From assembly GCF_037042905.1 (NCBI RefSeq), contig NC_087245.1, positions 40,550,001 to 40,614,000 of the forward strand: DNA of 64,000 nucleotides. Reading direction: 5' to 3'. The translations under genes and the position numbers were made by a program. This stretch comes from Lytechinus pictus. Taxonomy: Eukaryota. The first letter of the stretch is position 1. Every line of letters starts with the position of its first letter. Below the pieces are notes generated by a model. It was not told the origin of the DNA. It did no database searches and saw only the letters and a list, made by a program, of their open reading frames with translations. Below are positions 12,604 to 25,520 of this stretch, piece after piece.

Positions 12604-13171
12604 CAGGTGTTCAAAATGAGGCTCATGAAGTAGGCCTATATTTCATTTCGGAATACCCATCATATCATATCAACTTTCAAGTATTTGAATTATTATTATT
12701 TGTATATATTAAATCACTTTTCTTTACTGGTAGATAGTATTAATAAAAAAAACACATTTGATTTAGTTATGACAATTATAATTTTGGTGTTTGTATTTGT
12801 AAAAAAAAAGAAACATTATGTACATGGACTTGAAATGCAGTGTAATGATGATTGCATTTTAAAAAATATACTATTAAAATTACAATGTACAGTTAATACA
12901 TTTGTCATTTTTCATAAGTACGATTAAAAAAATTACAATAAAGGTAAGAGGACATTTCATAAAAGAATGAACTTAATATTTTTTTTTTCTTGAAACTCGA
13001 TTGTGTTTCTCATTTCTGCATACATGACTGTTGTTTTTTATACAACTGACTCAAAATTTGTAATATTTTGTATTCATCAACGAAAGCAGACTGAGGGCAG
13101 CAACACTTTGCTGGTATTCATTCGTTGGTATTCATCTTCCAAAACCATTGGCAACTAATGCATCAGGTTGT

Positions 13172-13595
13172 ATTCAAAGTAGAAAATTTACCCTGACGAA
13201 TAGTTCATTGTAAAAATAGCAACAACAACAAAGAAAATAAATAATAAAAATATCGATGAAGGTTTGAGGAAAATCAATCAGAGATAACAAAATTATTAGA
13301 ATTGTATTTTTTTTTTGTCATACGCAAAATGTCATTATCTAAAAAAAAAAAAAAATTAACAGAAAAATCATGTCACACACGATGCTGAAAGATTTTTTTT
13401 TTTACTTACCGTGAACCATTAAAAATTGAAATTCATGCATTAGGCAGTTGCTCGTATATAACGTCAAAAATGAAAGCTAAAAATGTAATGGCTTTCTTGA
13501 TCTATTTTGGGTTTTCCTCAATCCTATAAATATTTTAAAATTGTTTGTTTTATAGTATTTTTACCGAAAAAAAATCGGCGTGAGAGAGAACTTCA
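13172..13595. mobile_element. Degenerate Kolobok-type MITE
   Basis: GGTTTGAGGAAAATC (~13261) pairs with GTTTTCCTCAATCC (~13511). The left end ..TTTACCCTGAC..TTGTAAAAATAGC resembles TTAA-MITE termini. Highly eroded. Confidence 0.45.
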
Positions 13596-13624
13596 AGATC
13601 AACTAACTCAATCAAACATGTGGA

Positions 13625-13644
13625 ATACCGCCATCTAGTGGATC
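13625..13644 (-). promoter_or_regulatory. CTCF consensus site
   Basis: GCCATCTAGTGG at 13630-13641 reads CCACTAGATGGC on the minus strand, the CTCF core. Confidence 0.5.
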
Positions 13645-13705
13645 CCGTTATAAATTATTGCCCATTCATAATTGACAGTCACACCAACGAAATCGACTCT
13701 AGCCC

Positions 13706-14177
13706 AGGGGCTAGCTTCATAAAGATTTACAAGTTGTCAACTTTGGTAACTTTTTGAAAAAAAAATATTATTGTAACTATCATGGAAACCTTGATTTTGA
13801 TTGGCTGTAGAGCCCTGGCCATAGAGGTTGCCAGAATAGAAAGTTACCTCTATACCAGGCCATATAGTGGTCCGGGAGCGGATCCAGGATTTTCCAAGGG
13901 GAGGGGAGGGGGGGCATTTTGTACAGGATTTTTTTGACACCCCCCCCAAAAAAAAAAAGTCTTTACTACCAAATTGAGGTCCCTTTGCTCCAGGAAAATT
14001 TTGAAAGGCAAAGGCAAAAAAGGGTTCTCACTTGCCTATGCATGATGTATTCCACTAAAAAAATATTTGTAGTGCCTCGATCTTAAGGGGGGGGGGGATG
14101 ACACGGGCCGGATGTTCCCCTACCTGCAACCGCCAATGATAAATAGTAATACTGGGAACTATTTTATGAAACGGCCC
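13706..14177. mobile_element. Nested MITEs: Harbinger-like GGGCCGTTTCATAAA-type element interrupted by a hAT-like GCGGATCCAGG-type element (~13870-14137)
   Basis: Outer ends GGGGCTAGCTTCATAAAG (13707) and TTTATGAAACGGCCC (14163-14177). The inner element starts GGAGCGGATCCAGGATTTTCC with G/C runs and ends ..CCGCCAATG. TSDs are not clean. Confidence 0.5.
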
Positions 14178-15035
14178 GCTCGTCCTTGTCTGATCCTGGA
14201 CCTACTAGATCCATGGTCTGATCAAAACTATCAGTTATTTCGGAAGGAATATCATTCGTCGGTATGGAATCAGCTGATGAAAATATGGAAGGGATAGAAG
14301 AGGGAAAACAGATAGTGGTGGAGAGAGAGAGAAAGAGGGAGAGGAGGATAGTGGTGGGGGGGGGGGGAGCGCAGAGAAATGGGAGGAGGGAGAAAGGGAG
14401 GGTGATACAGAGATAGAATTGTTGAGAACTTCTCAAAAAATTTCGGTGGTCCTTCCTAAACTTTTGGTTGACAACCTTTCTTTCTTTTTTTTGGTCAATT
14501 TTTTGCCTTCCGCCGCCAATGCGGAGAAGTGCATAGGTGAATGTGGGGGCAAACGCAGTAATTTTGCAATACATTACAAAACTGCATGAACTAAACTGCG
14601 AAAAGGGGGAGAGAAAAAGAGAGGGTGGATCAAACCAGTGTGAATGTGTGTGTGTGTGGGGGGGGGGGGGGGGAGGGGGCAGAGAAACGCAGTTGGGCTA
14701 TTGCACAAAGTTCTTAATTAAAAACTTCTGGTTCCAGTTATTGCGCAATACTTTATAATGTTGGGTAATAATTATTTCATCATATTTGGTCCAGTGATTG
14801 ACCAATAACATACGTAAGCAATTGGGCAATATCTTGTGCCTTACCAAATATACTGACTAATCTTATCTTCTTCCTCGTCACCAACATCACATCATGGTCT
14901 TCACTATAGATATTGTATGTCATTCGTTTTTTTCTTCTTCTAATTGTCGTCATTTACGTCATCATCGTCATCTCCACCATCACTGTAGTTGTAATTATTC
15001 GTGTCTTTGACATCATTATTGTATTTTAATCAACG

Positions 15036-15842
15036 TATCATCATCACCATCATCATCATCATCATCATCCTCCTCCTCATCATCATCATCATTCATCATC
15101 ACCATCATCATCATCACCATCATCGTCATCACCACCGCCACTATCATCATCGTTACCATCATTAGCAGCAGCATCATCATCACCATCATTATTATCACCA
15201 TCATCATCATTATCATCATCACCATCATCATTATCATCATCACCATCATGATCATTTTCATCAACACCACCACCACTACCATCATCATCACCATCATCAT
15301 TAGCAGCAGCATCACCACCACCATCATCATCACCACCACCATCATTTATCATCATCACCACCACCATCATCACCATCATGATCATCATGATCATCATCAC
15401 CACCACCACTACCATCATCATTAGCAGCACCATCACCATCATCATCATCATCACCATCACCACCATCATCACCATCATCATCATCATCACCACCACCATC
15501 ATTTATCATCATCACCACCACCATCATGATCATCATCACCACCACCACTACCATCATCATCACCATCATCATTAGCAGCAGCATCACCACCACCATCATC
15601 ATCATCATCATCACCATCATCACCACCACCATCATTTATCATCATCACCACCACCATCATGATCATCATCACCACCACCACTACCATCATCATCACCATC
15701 ATCATCATCATCATCATCACCATCACCACCATCATCATCATCACCATCATCACCACCACCATCATTTATCATCATCACCACCACCATCATCACCATCATG
15801 ATCATCATGATCATCATCACCACCACCACTACCACCACCATC

Positions 15843-15874
<32 letters not shown>

Positions 15875-15889
15875 CATCACCATCACCAC

Positions 15890-15924
<35 letters not shown>

Positions 15925-15938
15925 CCATCACCACCACC

Positions 15939-15970
<32 letters not shown>

Positions 15971-16270
15971 CATCACCATCACCACCATCATCACCATCAT
16001 CACCATCACCACCATCATCACCATCATCATCATCATCACCACCACCATCATTTATCATCATCACCACCACCATCATGATCATCATCACCACCACCACTAC
16101 CATCATCATCACCATCATCATTAGCAGCAGCATCACCACCACCATCCATCATTTATCATCATCACCACCACCATCATCACCATCATGATCATCATGATCA
16201 TCATCACCACCACCACTACCATCATCATTAGCAGCACCATCACCATCATCATCATCACCATCACCACCAC

Positions 16271-16308
<38 letters not shown>

Positions 16309-16720
16309 CCATCACCACCACCATCATCATCATCATCACCATCATCATCACCATCACCACCATCATCATGATCATCATCACCACCACCACTACCATCATC
16401 ATCACCATCATCACCACTACCATCATCATCACCATCATCATTAGCAGCAGCATCACCACCACCATCATCATCATCATCACCATCACCATCATCACCACCA
16501 CCATCATTTATCATCATCACCACCACCATCATGATCATCATCAACACCACCACTACCATCATCATCACCATCATCATTAGCAGCAGCATCACCACCACCA
16601 TCCATCATTTATCATCATCACCACCACCATCATCACCATCATGATCATCATGATCATCATCACCACCACCACTACCATCATCATTAGCAGCACCATCACC
16701 ATCATCACCATCACCACCAC

Positions 16721-16758
<38 letters not shown>

Positions 16759-17158
16759 CCATCACCACCACCATCATCATCATCATCACCATCATCATCA
16801 TCACCACCACCATCATTTATCATCATCACCACCAACATCATGATCATCATCACCACCACCACTACCATCATCATCACCATCATCATTAGCAGCAGCATCA
16901 CCACCACCATCATCATCATCATCACCATCACCATCATCACCACCACCATCATTTATCATCATCACCACCACCATCATGATCATCATCAACACCACCACCA
17001 TCATAATCATCACCATCATGATCATCACCACCACCACTACCATCATCATTATCATCATCACCACCACCATCATCACCATCATGATCATCATCATCATCAT
17101 CACCACCACCACTACCATCATCATTAGCAGCACCATCACCATCACCATCATCATCATC
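15036..17158. repeat. ~2.1-kb compound (CAT/CAC)n microsatellite with higher-order units
   Basis: Trinucleotide array with recurring landmarks CATTTAT, CATGAT, CACTAC and ATTAGCAGCAGC. Confidence 0.97.
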
Positions 17159-17252
17159 TCTTTATCATGTTCATGCGCCTTCAAATTAGATCATCATATT
17201 ACCACTTTCTCGTCCAGTACCATGGTCATCCAAGGTTTATCAAAGATGTAGA

Positions 17253-17272
17253 CTAGTGCCATCTAGTGGCCA
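17253..17272 (-). promoter_or_regulatory. Strong CTCF consensus site
   Basis: Minus strand reads TGGCCACTAGATGGCACTAG, close to the full CTCF consensus TGGCCAC(C/T)AG(G/A)(G/T)GGC(G/A)CTA. Confidence 0.6.
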
Positions 17273-17404
17273 TGGTCGGTTAGTATTGCCTCAACTTCAA
17301 AATTCTGTGAATGTACCTCTCCTTTTAGCTGAATTGCAATCATTCCTCCTCTGAGTCCATACCACAAACTTGAGAAAAAATTCAACCTTTTATCTATCCA
17401 ACCA

Positions 17405-17459
17405 TCAATAAATAACAAATCAACAACTAGCTTTTCCATATTTTTCCTTGTAATTTATT
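17405..17459 (-). terminator. Candidate distal polyadenylation site of the RBM24-like gene
   Basis: Minus-strand AATAAA at 17459-17454, followed ~25 nt later by GU/U-rich GTTGTTGATTTGTTATTTATTG. Confidence 0.5.
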
Positions 17460-20400
17460 GGCGATGTCATATTTTTTTTTCTTTTTTCTTAATATTACAT
17501 TTACTATATTCGTGCCAAGCTATGACATACATTGTGGCTTAACAGATAACCTACCCTGAATATACATGGTAATAATTTTTTTTCTTCCATTTTCCCCCAT
17601 TTCTTTCATAAATGCTTTCTCCTACATGGGGCATGTCCACATTACCCTCAGTTTCCAGTTCCTCTTACGACAACACTGCTCCATACAATGTTGAACATGT
17701 GCCATATGAGGTGGAGACACGAATACCTGGCAATCAGAACATCCCCGTCATATATGAACAGTGAAAAAAAAAGAGCTATGATTATAAATACGATGCTAAT
17801 TTACAGTACATGTAGTAGTATCACTGGAAGACATGTTGAATTGCATAGGCCATTGTGGTAACGTACATTACAGCGGTTATTTGCTTCTCTTTTTTGTTCA
17901 TTACCGACACTACGCAAAAAACAGATGACAAAGTGGGCTACAGAATTTTTCAAAAATCGGAAGAAAAAAAAATAAAAAGGATTATATTGGTATAAAATGA
18001 AAGATAAAGAGAGAACTATTCTGTACAAAGGAAAAATAAAAGCAATTTTTATAAAGATTGTCATATTTATTCCATCAAATATCTTACCTTTGTTAAAGGT
18101 CTTTTTATTGCTTTTGGTAAATACATTAACAGCTAGCTTTCATTATTATGTAAAAAAATTGTCGTTGGCTGTGAATGAGTGTAATAATCTTGATTTTTTT
18201 TTTTATCAAACTGTTTTCTTCCGAAAAAGTCAAAGAATAACTAAGTGAAGAAAATGAGTATTTATTGGGAAGTTTGCAGGATATTGAATCCTCTTTTTAA
18301 AGAATATTTTACATAAATGCACTAGGCATGACATTACATGATTAAATATTACATAATTAAAATGAAATAATAGAATTAAAATAGAATCAAAATAAAATCA
18401 ATTAATAATATTAAAATTGGCCTATGCTCAGTACTTAAATACAATTTACATTAATTGCTATTTTGTCTTGGAAAGACACTAGTATGTCCGACGCCAAGTC
18501 TTTTGTAAATATCCCTACGTAGAATAGGAAATATCACAAATTTAACCACTGATATCTACCTATATCTATCTACCCCTTATATCCTTGTTAAGCTAACTAT
18601 TTGTACAAGACATTCTGTTCATTATAACTTTACTCGACATATATATAAAACAATTTAACAGCTTGTCAATTAATGCACAATTCTTTTCCGTTGCTAACCT
18701 AACATTCTAGGCCTACTGTATCTTAACTAGTATTCTTTGACCAACATAGACCAAGGCAGCCCTTCGTTATACAAAGAAATGATTGAAAGATCGTCAGCTA
18801 CTCGAATATTTCTTCTTCCCTCTTTTTTTTATGGTATAAAAACAGCTTAACTCAGGACACAGTTTCCTTTCTGTGACTGCACTGAAAGCATTCAAATAAT
18901 TACAAGACTGCATCTGAAATCAGTGTACAGAATAAGCCCGCGTCATTAAATTTTGTTTTCATCATTTGATGCATCAGAAGTAATCTAAATAATAATTGAT
19001 AAGCCTTTGATAGCTACAGTAAAATGAATATTTTTTTTTCTCTCTCATTTTGATCAATGTTTGAATTTTCGGGTCGCTACTTTATATGAGTGAATTTCGA
19101 TTAGTCAAAGTGATTGAAGAATAATGTTATAGCACAGCTCTTTTTTACAATTTACATAGGAAATTGAGCTATGAAGACTGTGCAGAAATGCAATATCATA
19201 CAATCTCGAAGCAAGCTCCATAAGAAAAACCCCATGGCATATATTCCAAATACTTATATCAAGTATACCTTTATATATATTACTTGTACAATATCTATTA
19301 CAACTAGATATGCTCTACAACTACTCTAATTTTTGCATTTTGAATATCTACATAGTTTAATATAAAACCATTGACCTTATTTATATACACTACTCATAGT
19401 TCTCGACATGTAATAATAATATTGATACACATAATGCTTGAATATTAAATATGAAAATTAATCATACCAAATAGATATCCATGATAGTAATAATAATAAT
19501 AATAATACAATGAATTTTCATCATAAGTGATTTGTTTTCTAAACAATTTTGTCCTCAGCATTTACAAGTTTTCACCCTTATTTCGACATAAACATGTACT
19601 ACATGTAAATCTCTGTAATAACAGTAATACAGATTCATGTCAATAAAACATTCATATAAGTTATTCTCTGCTATACATAAAATGCACAGACACAAGAATA
19701 GTGCACCGACCGAAGAACGGAGAACATATAAGAACGCAATATCACAGGACAGAAAGAACACATTTATTTACTTTAATTTTCATATTTCAAACAGAAATAT
19801 AGATAATTCAGCAGATCGGGCAGTTTATTTTCCACTTTAATATCTGTGACATTATTATGATGAGAGCATGTGCTTTTACTCCTGAAGTTCTGCATAGCCC
19901 TATAAAGACATCGTTAACGTTTGAAGCATTACTGCTAGAGGGGTCTTGACTTCAGTAAAAAAGAAAATGATACCTTAAATTTTTATCCAAAAGGATATTA
20001 GCAATCCTGACACAACTCTTACTACACTTTCCAGAATTTCATTGGTAGTACTCTAAAATAATGGGAAAATATTCCAATAAGTACCTTTGCGAATTGTCAT
20101 AAATCGAGACCAGTAGTACTATATCATACCACAGCTGGTATCCCTTTCATTTACAAAAGTAAGGAGGATTATTCATAAAAAAAGAAAGGAAAAGAAATGG
20201 AAGAGAAGCAAAGGAGGTGAGGTAAAGTGAAGGGGAAAGTAAGATGAAAGTGGTCTTGAATTTCCATATGAAGGAAAATGTCCTTAGAGTTAAATTTGAT
20301 GTCGCAGAGGGGATGAAGCGAGGGGCCATACTTGTAGCAACATGGTACCCATGTTTGTTATTCTTGTTCCCATATCACCATTTCTACCCCTCACAGTCAT

Positions 20401-22420
20401 GTCAAGTATGTAATCAACACCTTTATCCCAACAGACTTTTGGATACCACCAGAAAACGGCAAAAAATTCACCATCCCTAAAGATTTCATGATCAAGGGGG
20501 GGGGGGAAACAAAATGAGCGAGGCTTGGTGAAATCCGCGACAGCAACTTTCAACAGCCGGAGGTGTAAAAGGGGGCGAAACGTCACGGTTTGTCAATTCC
20601 CATCGTTAACCCGTCACTCGCTCTTTGATCCGGGGTAGGAGGGGGACCAGAGATTAAGGCCTTAATCCTTTAATCAGGCAACTACTTGGGAGGATTATCC
20701 AATAAAAGATATCGCATGACATAGCTACATAGCATTACATAGCATGTACTCCCCCCGACTCGGAGTCCTACCCTACCAACCATCATACTATGCTCCCCTC
20801 TTTCTCGCATTCTTTCTCTGAATGTTGCTCTTAGTACAGTTTACCGGTACATCCCTTCTAAAATAAAGGAAAGATGAATGCCTCATTTTTAAAGTAAAGC
20901 CTATTCAATACCACTTTTATATTTGTTAAAGTACTTCAAAGTCATTTGGTTATTTTCCCCTGTGAGCAAGAGTGAGCGCACTCGAGCTAAAAGTACAGGT
21001 TAATAAAGAGAATACCTGTTTTGGTTACTCATTAGCATAGTAATACATATGCAGCATGTAGGTGGAGTTACATGAGGGAAACCCAGATGTTTTGTTCCAA
21101 CATTGAGCTGCGATACCAATTATGATAGGTGCTAAAGGTGATTATTCTTGAGGCCGTTTCAGAGAAGAGAAAAGGAGACTAACTGGGTGATATATGAACT
21201 ACTAAAAGAAATACGGGTGATAAATATACTCTAGTGTCTTGCATTATATGCCAAGAACAATAAAAAAAATACACATTGCATTTTGCTTCACTTTTTTTCT
21301 GAAAGCAGATATTTTAGCACGAATTTCAACTCCAAATCAGCCGCGATTTTGGCATGCTTGCACATTTCATTTAAAAAATCATGTTTTTTTTCTTAAATTA
21401 CAATTTATCATCAGCTGGACGGAGTATTACGATTCGTCACGCAAATAAATAAGTGTATTCAAGGTGACATAATATAAGTGACCGTTAAGTACATAATACA
21501 ATGCAATGATTAGTAAATATGCTGGCTAAATTTTCTACATCCATATTAAACCTCCTCTTCTTTTCATCACAATTCTGAATAGATTGAGCCACGTTTTGTC
21601 AAGTAATTGGGGACGATTTGAAAAATTATACTCGATCAGAAATACTGGGTAGTGAATACAATTCATTTGAAGATGTATTTGACTGATGCTATGTCAGGCA
21701 GGACCTCACTCACAGCGAAGTCATTTCTATAACAAGCATACATGTCAGCGTGTGCACAAGGAACCCGTTTCAGAGATGGGAAAATACAGACAGAGGTTTG
21801 CAGACTTCGCAATGAACAGTCTCCACGAAGAAACGAAACGCAAAATTCAATTCAACGTGACAAGTGACAAACAGAAAAATGAAGGCATATGTTTAAATAG
21901 CTACCGATATAAGACAGTGTTTGACTGTATAAAATGAATACATAAGACATTAGGTGCACTGACAAAGGACATAGAGACAAAATCACAATACATTTTCTTT
22001 TTCAACAAGCTCACTTGTCATAATTTCTCTGTACAGTTGTGTGAATGCTACACGTTGCATAATAGTGCAATATGGCAGTACATCCTCGTCTCGCGCGTCT
22101 CCTACGCATCCCTATGAAGATGGACGACACGGATAGACGATAAACGGGAAAGGTTTAAACTCTCAACGGGTCACGTTCCTCATGAGTGACCCAGATGATA
22201 GAACAGGAGAGCCTTTCCGTCGCACTGCCTGCCATCTTCTGCAGTTCATCAACGGAACCTGTGAATGTGGCTAATTAACAGAATTGAAAGATGCTTTCAG
22301 AACCAAATGTCCTCCGGTCGAAAAGGATTCCATCGAAATCTAAGAAGAGAAATCCCTTCCAAACAAAAAAAATAAAAAGAAAGAATCTAGATAGGCGATC
22401 TCGGTGGCATTGGATCATAG
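17435..22420 (-). other. Putative ~5-kb 3' UTR
   Basis: Unique AU-rich sequence without recognisable transposons, lying between the stop codon and the best poly(A) signal. Alternative AATAAA near 19765 and 19825. Confidence 0.4.
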
Positions 22421-22748
22421 TTATTGCAAACATGTATGATCTGCTGCGACCGTGGGCTGTGCCGCCTGGAACTGCGAGAACTGCGCCGCCTGGTTGACAG
22501 CCGTGGGAAGCGAGGCGGTTGACTGGACGGCCGCTAGGTTGTAGGCAGGCGTGACGAAGCCATGGGGCGTGCTGGCGTAGCTGAACTGCTCACCGAAGGT
22601 TCCAGCCTGGTTGAACTGTTGGTGCGTGGCGTAGGTGTAGTCGATGAATGGCTGGGTGGCCGTGGGGGAGTGGGCGGGGACGGTTGCGAACGTGGGCTGG
22701 GTGACATAGTATGGGGAGGCTTGGTAGATCAGAGGCGTCTGCTGATAC
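22421..22748 (-). CDS. rbm24: Terminal coding exon of an RBM24/RBM38 (SEB-4)-like RNA-binding protein
   Basis: GC-rich, codon-like island. Acceptor TTTTTTTTATTGTATCTCCCATGTACAG, phase 2. Encodes YQQTPLIY...PFIDYTYATHQQF...EQFSYASTPHGFVTPAYNLAAVQ...AAQFSQFQAAQPTVAADHTCLQ*, collinear with the vertebrate RBM24 tail as I recall it (PYIDYT...DQYPYAASP..GYVT...AFGQYQPQQLQTDRMQ). RRM exons not seen in the window. Confidence 0.78.
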
Positions 22749-25374
22749 CTGTACATGGGAGATACAATAAAAAAAAACATTCATTTAGACAAAATTGATA
22801 CAATAAATGATAACCTTCAAATAATACGGGAAATGTATGGAAATGAAAAGCAAAAGACCAAGAAGACAGTTTCAAAGACACTTGAGGACACCTACCACCC
22901 AAGATCAAAGGAGCAAAACCTTCCAGCTCACAGACAAATTCTTCAAGTAAAGGTGCATTGTCGAAGGAAAGTTATACGACACTTCAAAGCAACATGATAT
23001 GCCTTAAAGATATTATCGCTCAACATTAAGTCCCTTTTTTCCGCGCTCAAGCCTTGGGAATAAAAGCAAATCAAGTATTTACTGATGCGTATACATGGAC
23101 GTTATAATGGTTTTATTCCAGGTGTCTGCTGACAACAAATGCATGATCGTGTTGCCTTTGCTTCACCGAATATGTTTCGGATCACTGCTAACATAGCGAG
23201 GGAAACATTTAAATCTCATTGGGGGTATCCATGCCCCCCTCATCATTGTCACTCAAGTCGACGCACATACTGAGAACATGAAGGAAATGGGCCATGATTG
23301 ACGGCTGGACGGGCCTCTCAGATTTGCCGAGCTTGTAGAGTTATGCCATGTTTTGTCCAGAAGTCATCTAAAGTTTGTCTTCGGCAGCCCAACACCGGGT
23401 AAGACAAATACGAGCTCGGATTTCCTTTTTATACCACATTGAAAGTGCATCATATCTCACATGAAATAGGTATCATTCAGCGATGTTCCTAGTCTCTGGA
23501 AAACATCCATGTTTGTTGGATTTAAAGTTGTTTACGTGGTCTTACATATAATTCAAAGGAGAGATTTAGGGAAAATACATGGATTGGAAAAATATAGAGA
23601 TTTAAGCAGCAACTATGTAGGTTTCCTGATACCCATCTCTTCAAATAATCCTTTCCTCTCGAGCAGAATATGTTCAATCTTCTCTTCACCGACCCTCGTC
23701 CCGATGTTGTAAAATCGGGTCTGCTCATCAGACTACATCAGAACGAGATACATTTTAGATGTCCAGCTGATGGAGCTGGCTTTTGTTTTTAGACCAAATA
23801 TTTTGATACATCTGGGATGGCTTTTATGTTTTAACATTCGTGATTATGGAGGGGGAGACGAAAGAAAGCATGGTTGTTTACCCGCTAAAGGTTACTCTAA
23901 GGTTTCTGTGTCATGAGAAAGTAGTATATATGCCGTCTTTAAGAAATAAAAATGGGAAAAGAATCCACGTTCTCTGTCACATAAGATGGCTTTGGGGGCA
24001 TATACATGTAGCTAGAATTTAAGAGCGAATACAGATCAAATCTTGAATAAAATGTATTTTGGAAGAAACTATTCAATAATGATATATAAGAAAATAAAAG
24101 GCTCAGATATTACATTGGAATAAACATTCAAGTCGAAAATGATGGAGATAAAATAAGATCATTCTAGATATAGGAATAGGAGCAGGGGATAAGGTTTGGC
24201 AACAGTGATATCCTAGTGAAAAATGAATTCTGAATCAAGAACAGATATATAGGACTAAATCTTCATTCACAAGAAGACTTTGTTTCCAATCCTTTGAGAC
24301 CGGTGTGAAGTTTTGCCACATTTCAGTCACTTAACACCAGGCTGTTTGGCCCCAATATCATCACGTATGTACACCATCTGCGGCTTACGGTTTAATGAAG
24401 CTCCTTGAGTTACCACGACAACGCAGATACCACGAGACAAGGGGGGAAAGAGAACCAGTGAGGGCTTGATTTTTCAGAGATGTTCTTCTGGCCTCGTGTA
24501 TCCCCTCACACCTCCGGAAAATTAGCCCCATCACCATCCCGTCAAGACCAATCATGGTTAAGGCAAGCTCTCTTTGGCTTCTCCGACAGACCAGCTTAAG
24601 CCCTCGACCCCATCTCTGGGACCCGGAGTGGCTTGCGCAGGCATCCCTCAGGGAACCCATCCCTCAGGTTTCCCCCGTCATCATCGCACGTATCACACGG
24701 CATAGAGGACTTCTGTCATCACGGACATGCAACATGAATTTGAACAAGATGTGGCAGTTATTGATGGAGAAATGATCCACGGGTATGAATGAAAGAAAAT
24801 AAGCAATTACTCCCGCCTGCAGAGGGGAAGGGACGGGCACCGGGACATCTCTGAACAAACCCATTTGGCCATCAGTTGTCTTTGAAGCCTGAGAAACAAA
24901 TTCATATGGATGTGTCTTGACAGTTCCTCGTGCAGGAGGGTGAAAATACCACGACAGAAAGCAGCTCGAGAAAGTCGTCCCAATGATGACTGAATACTGT
25001 ACTATAGGGTTGATATAAAACACATACAAGATGGAAATAAAAGCCAAGTGGCTACAAATCAGTTGGTTACATAAGGTCCACTTCATTTACTGATTATAAC
25101 CTACAACCAGCTAATTGCTTGATCCAACAAACGTTTCTACATTAAAATGCCCATTTCTCATCACGTCAACCTCCGTATTTTTCTCAGTATCATGGGCTAA
25201 TAAAATATCTTGCAATATTTCTCCTCTCTAAACATATATAGATTCAGAATGGATGTGAGAGAGAGAACACACCATAGATTTTAACCAAGCAAGAGACACA
25301 GTGCTGATCTTGGAACAGATTTCTGGACTACGCTCACTTAAAAAAAAATTCCTTCGTTCCTCTGATACCATACC

Positions 25375-25520
25375 CCTCTGTCTTTCTGTTGGACTCTCCC
25401 TCCCTCAGTCTCTTTCTCTCTCTCTCTCTCTTTCTCACTCTCCTCCATACTATTTGCTGTTCTGTCTTCCTCTATCTCCCACTCTCTTTCTCAGCCCCCC
25501 ATCCTCCCTTTAACTCATCC
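25375..25520 (+). repeat. CT-rich low-complexity tract
   Basis: (CT)n and pyrimidine runs. Confidence 0.8.

Noticed and set aside
15016..17251. Poly-His, poly-Asp/Gly (acidic biomineralisation-like) and Met/Val ORFs
   Set aside because: All are translations of the (CAT/CAC)n array; the recurring CATTTAT shifts the frame every 100-350 bp, and there is no unique coding flank.
22749..22780. ORF-track N-terminus MFFFIVSPMYR of the 119-aa ORF
   Set aside because: It is the polypyrimidine tract and acceptor of the intron, not a start.
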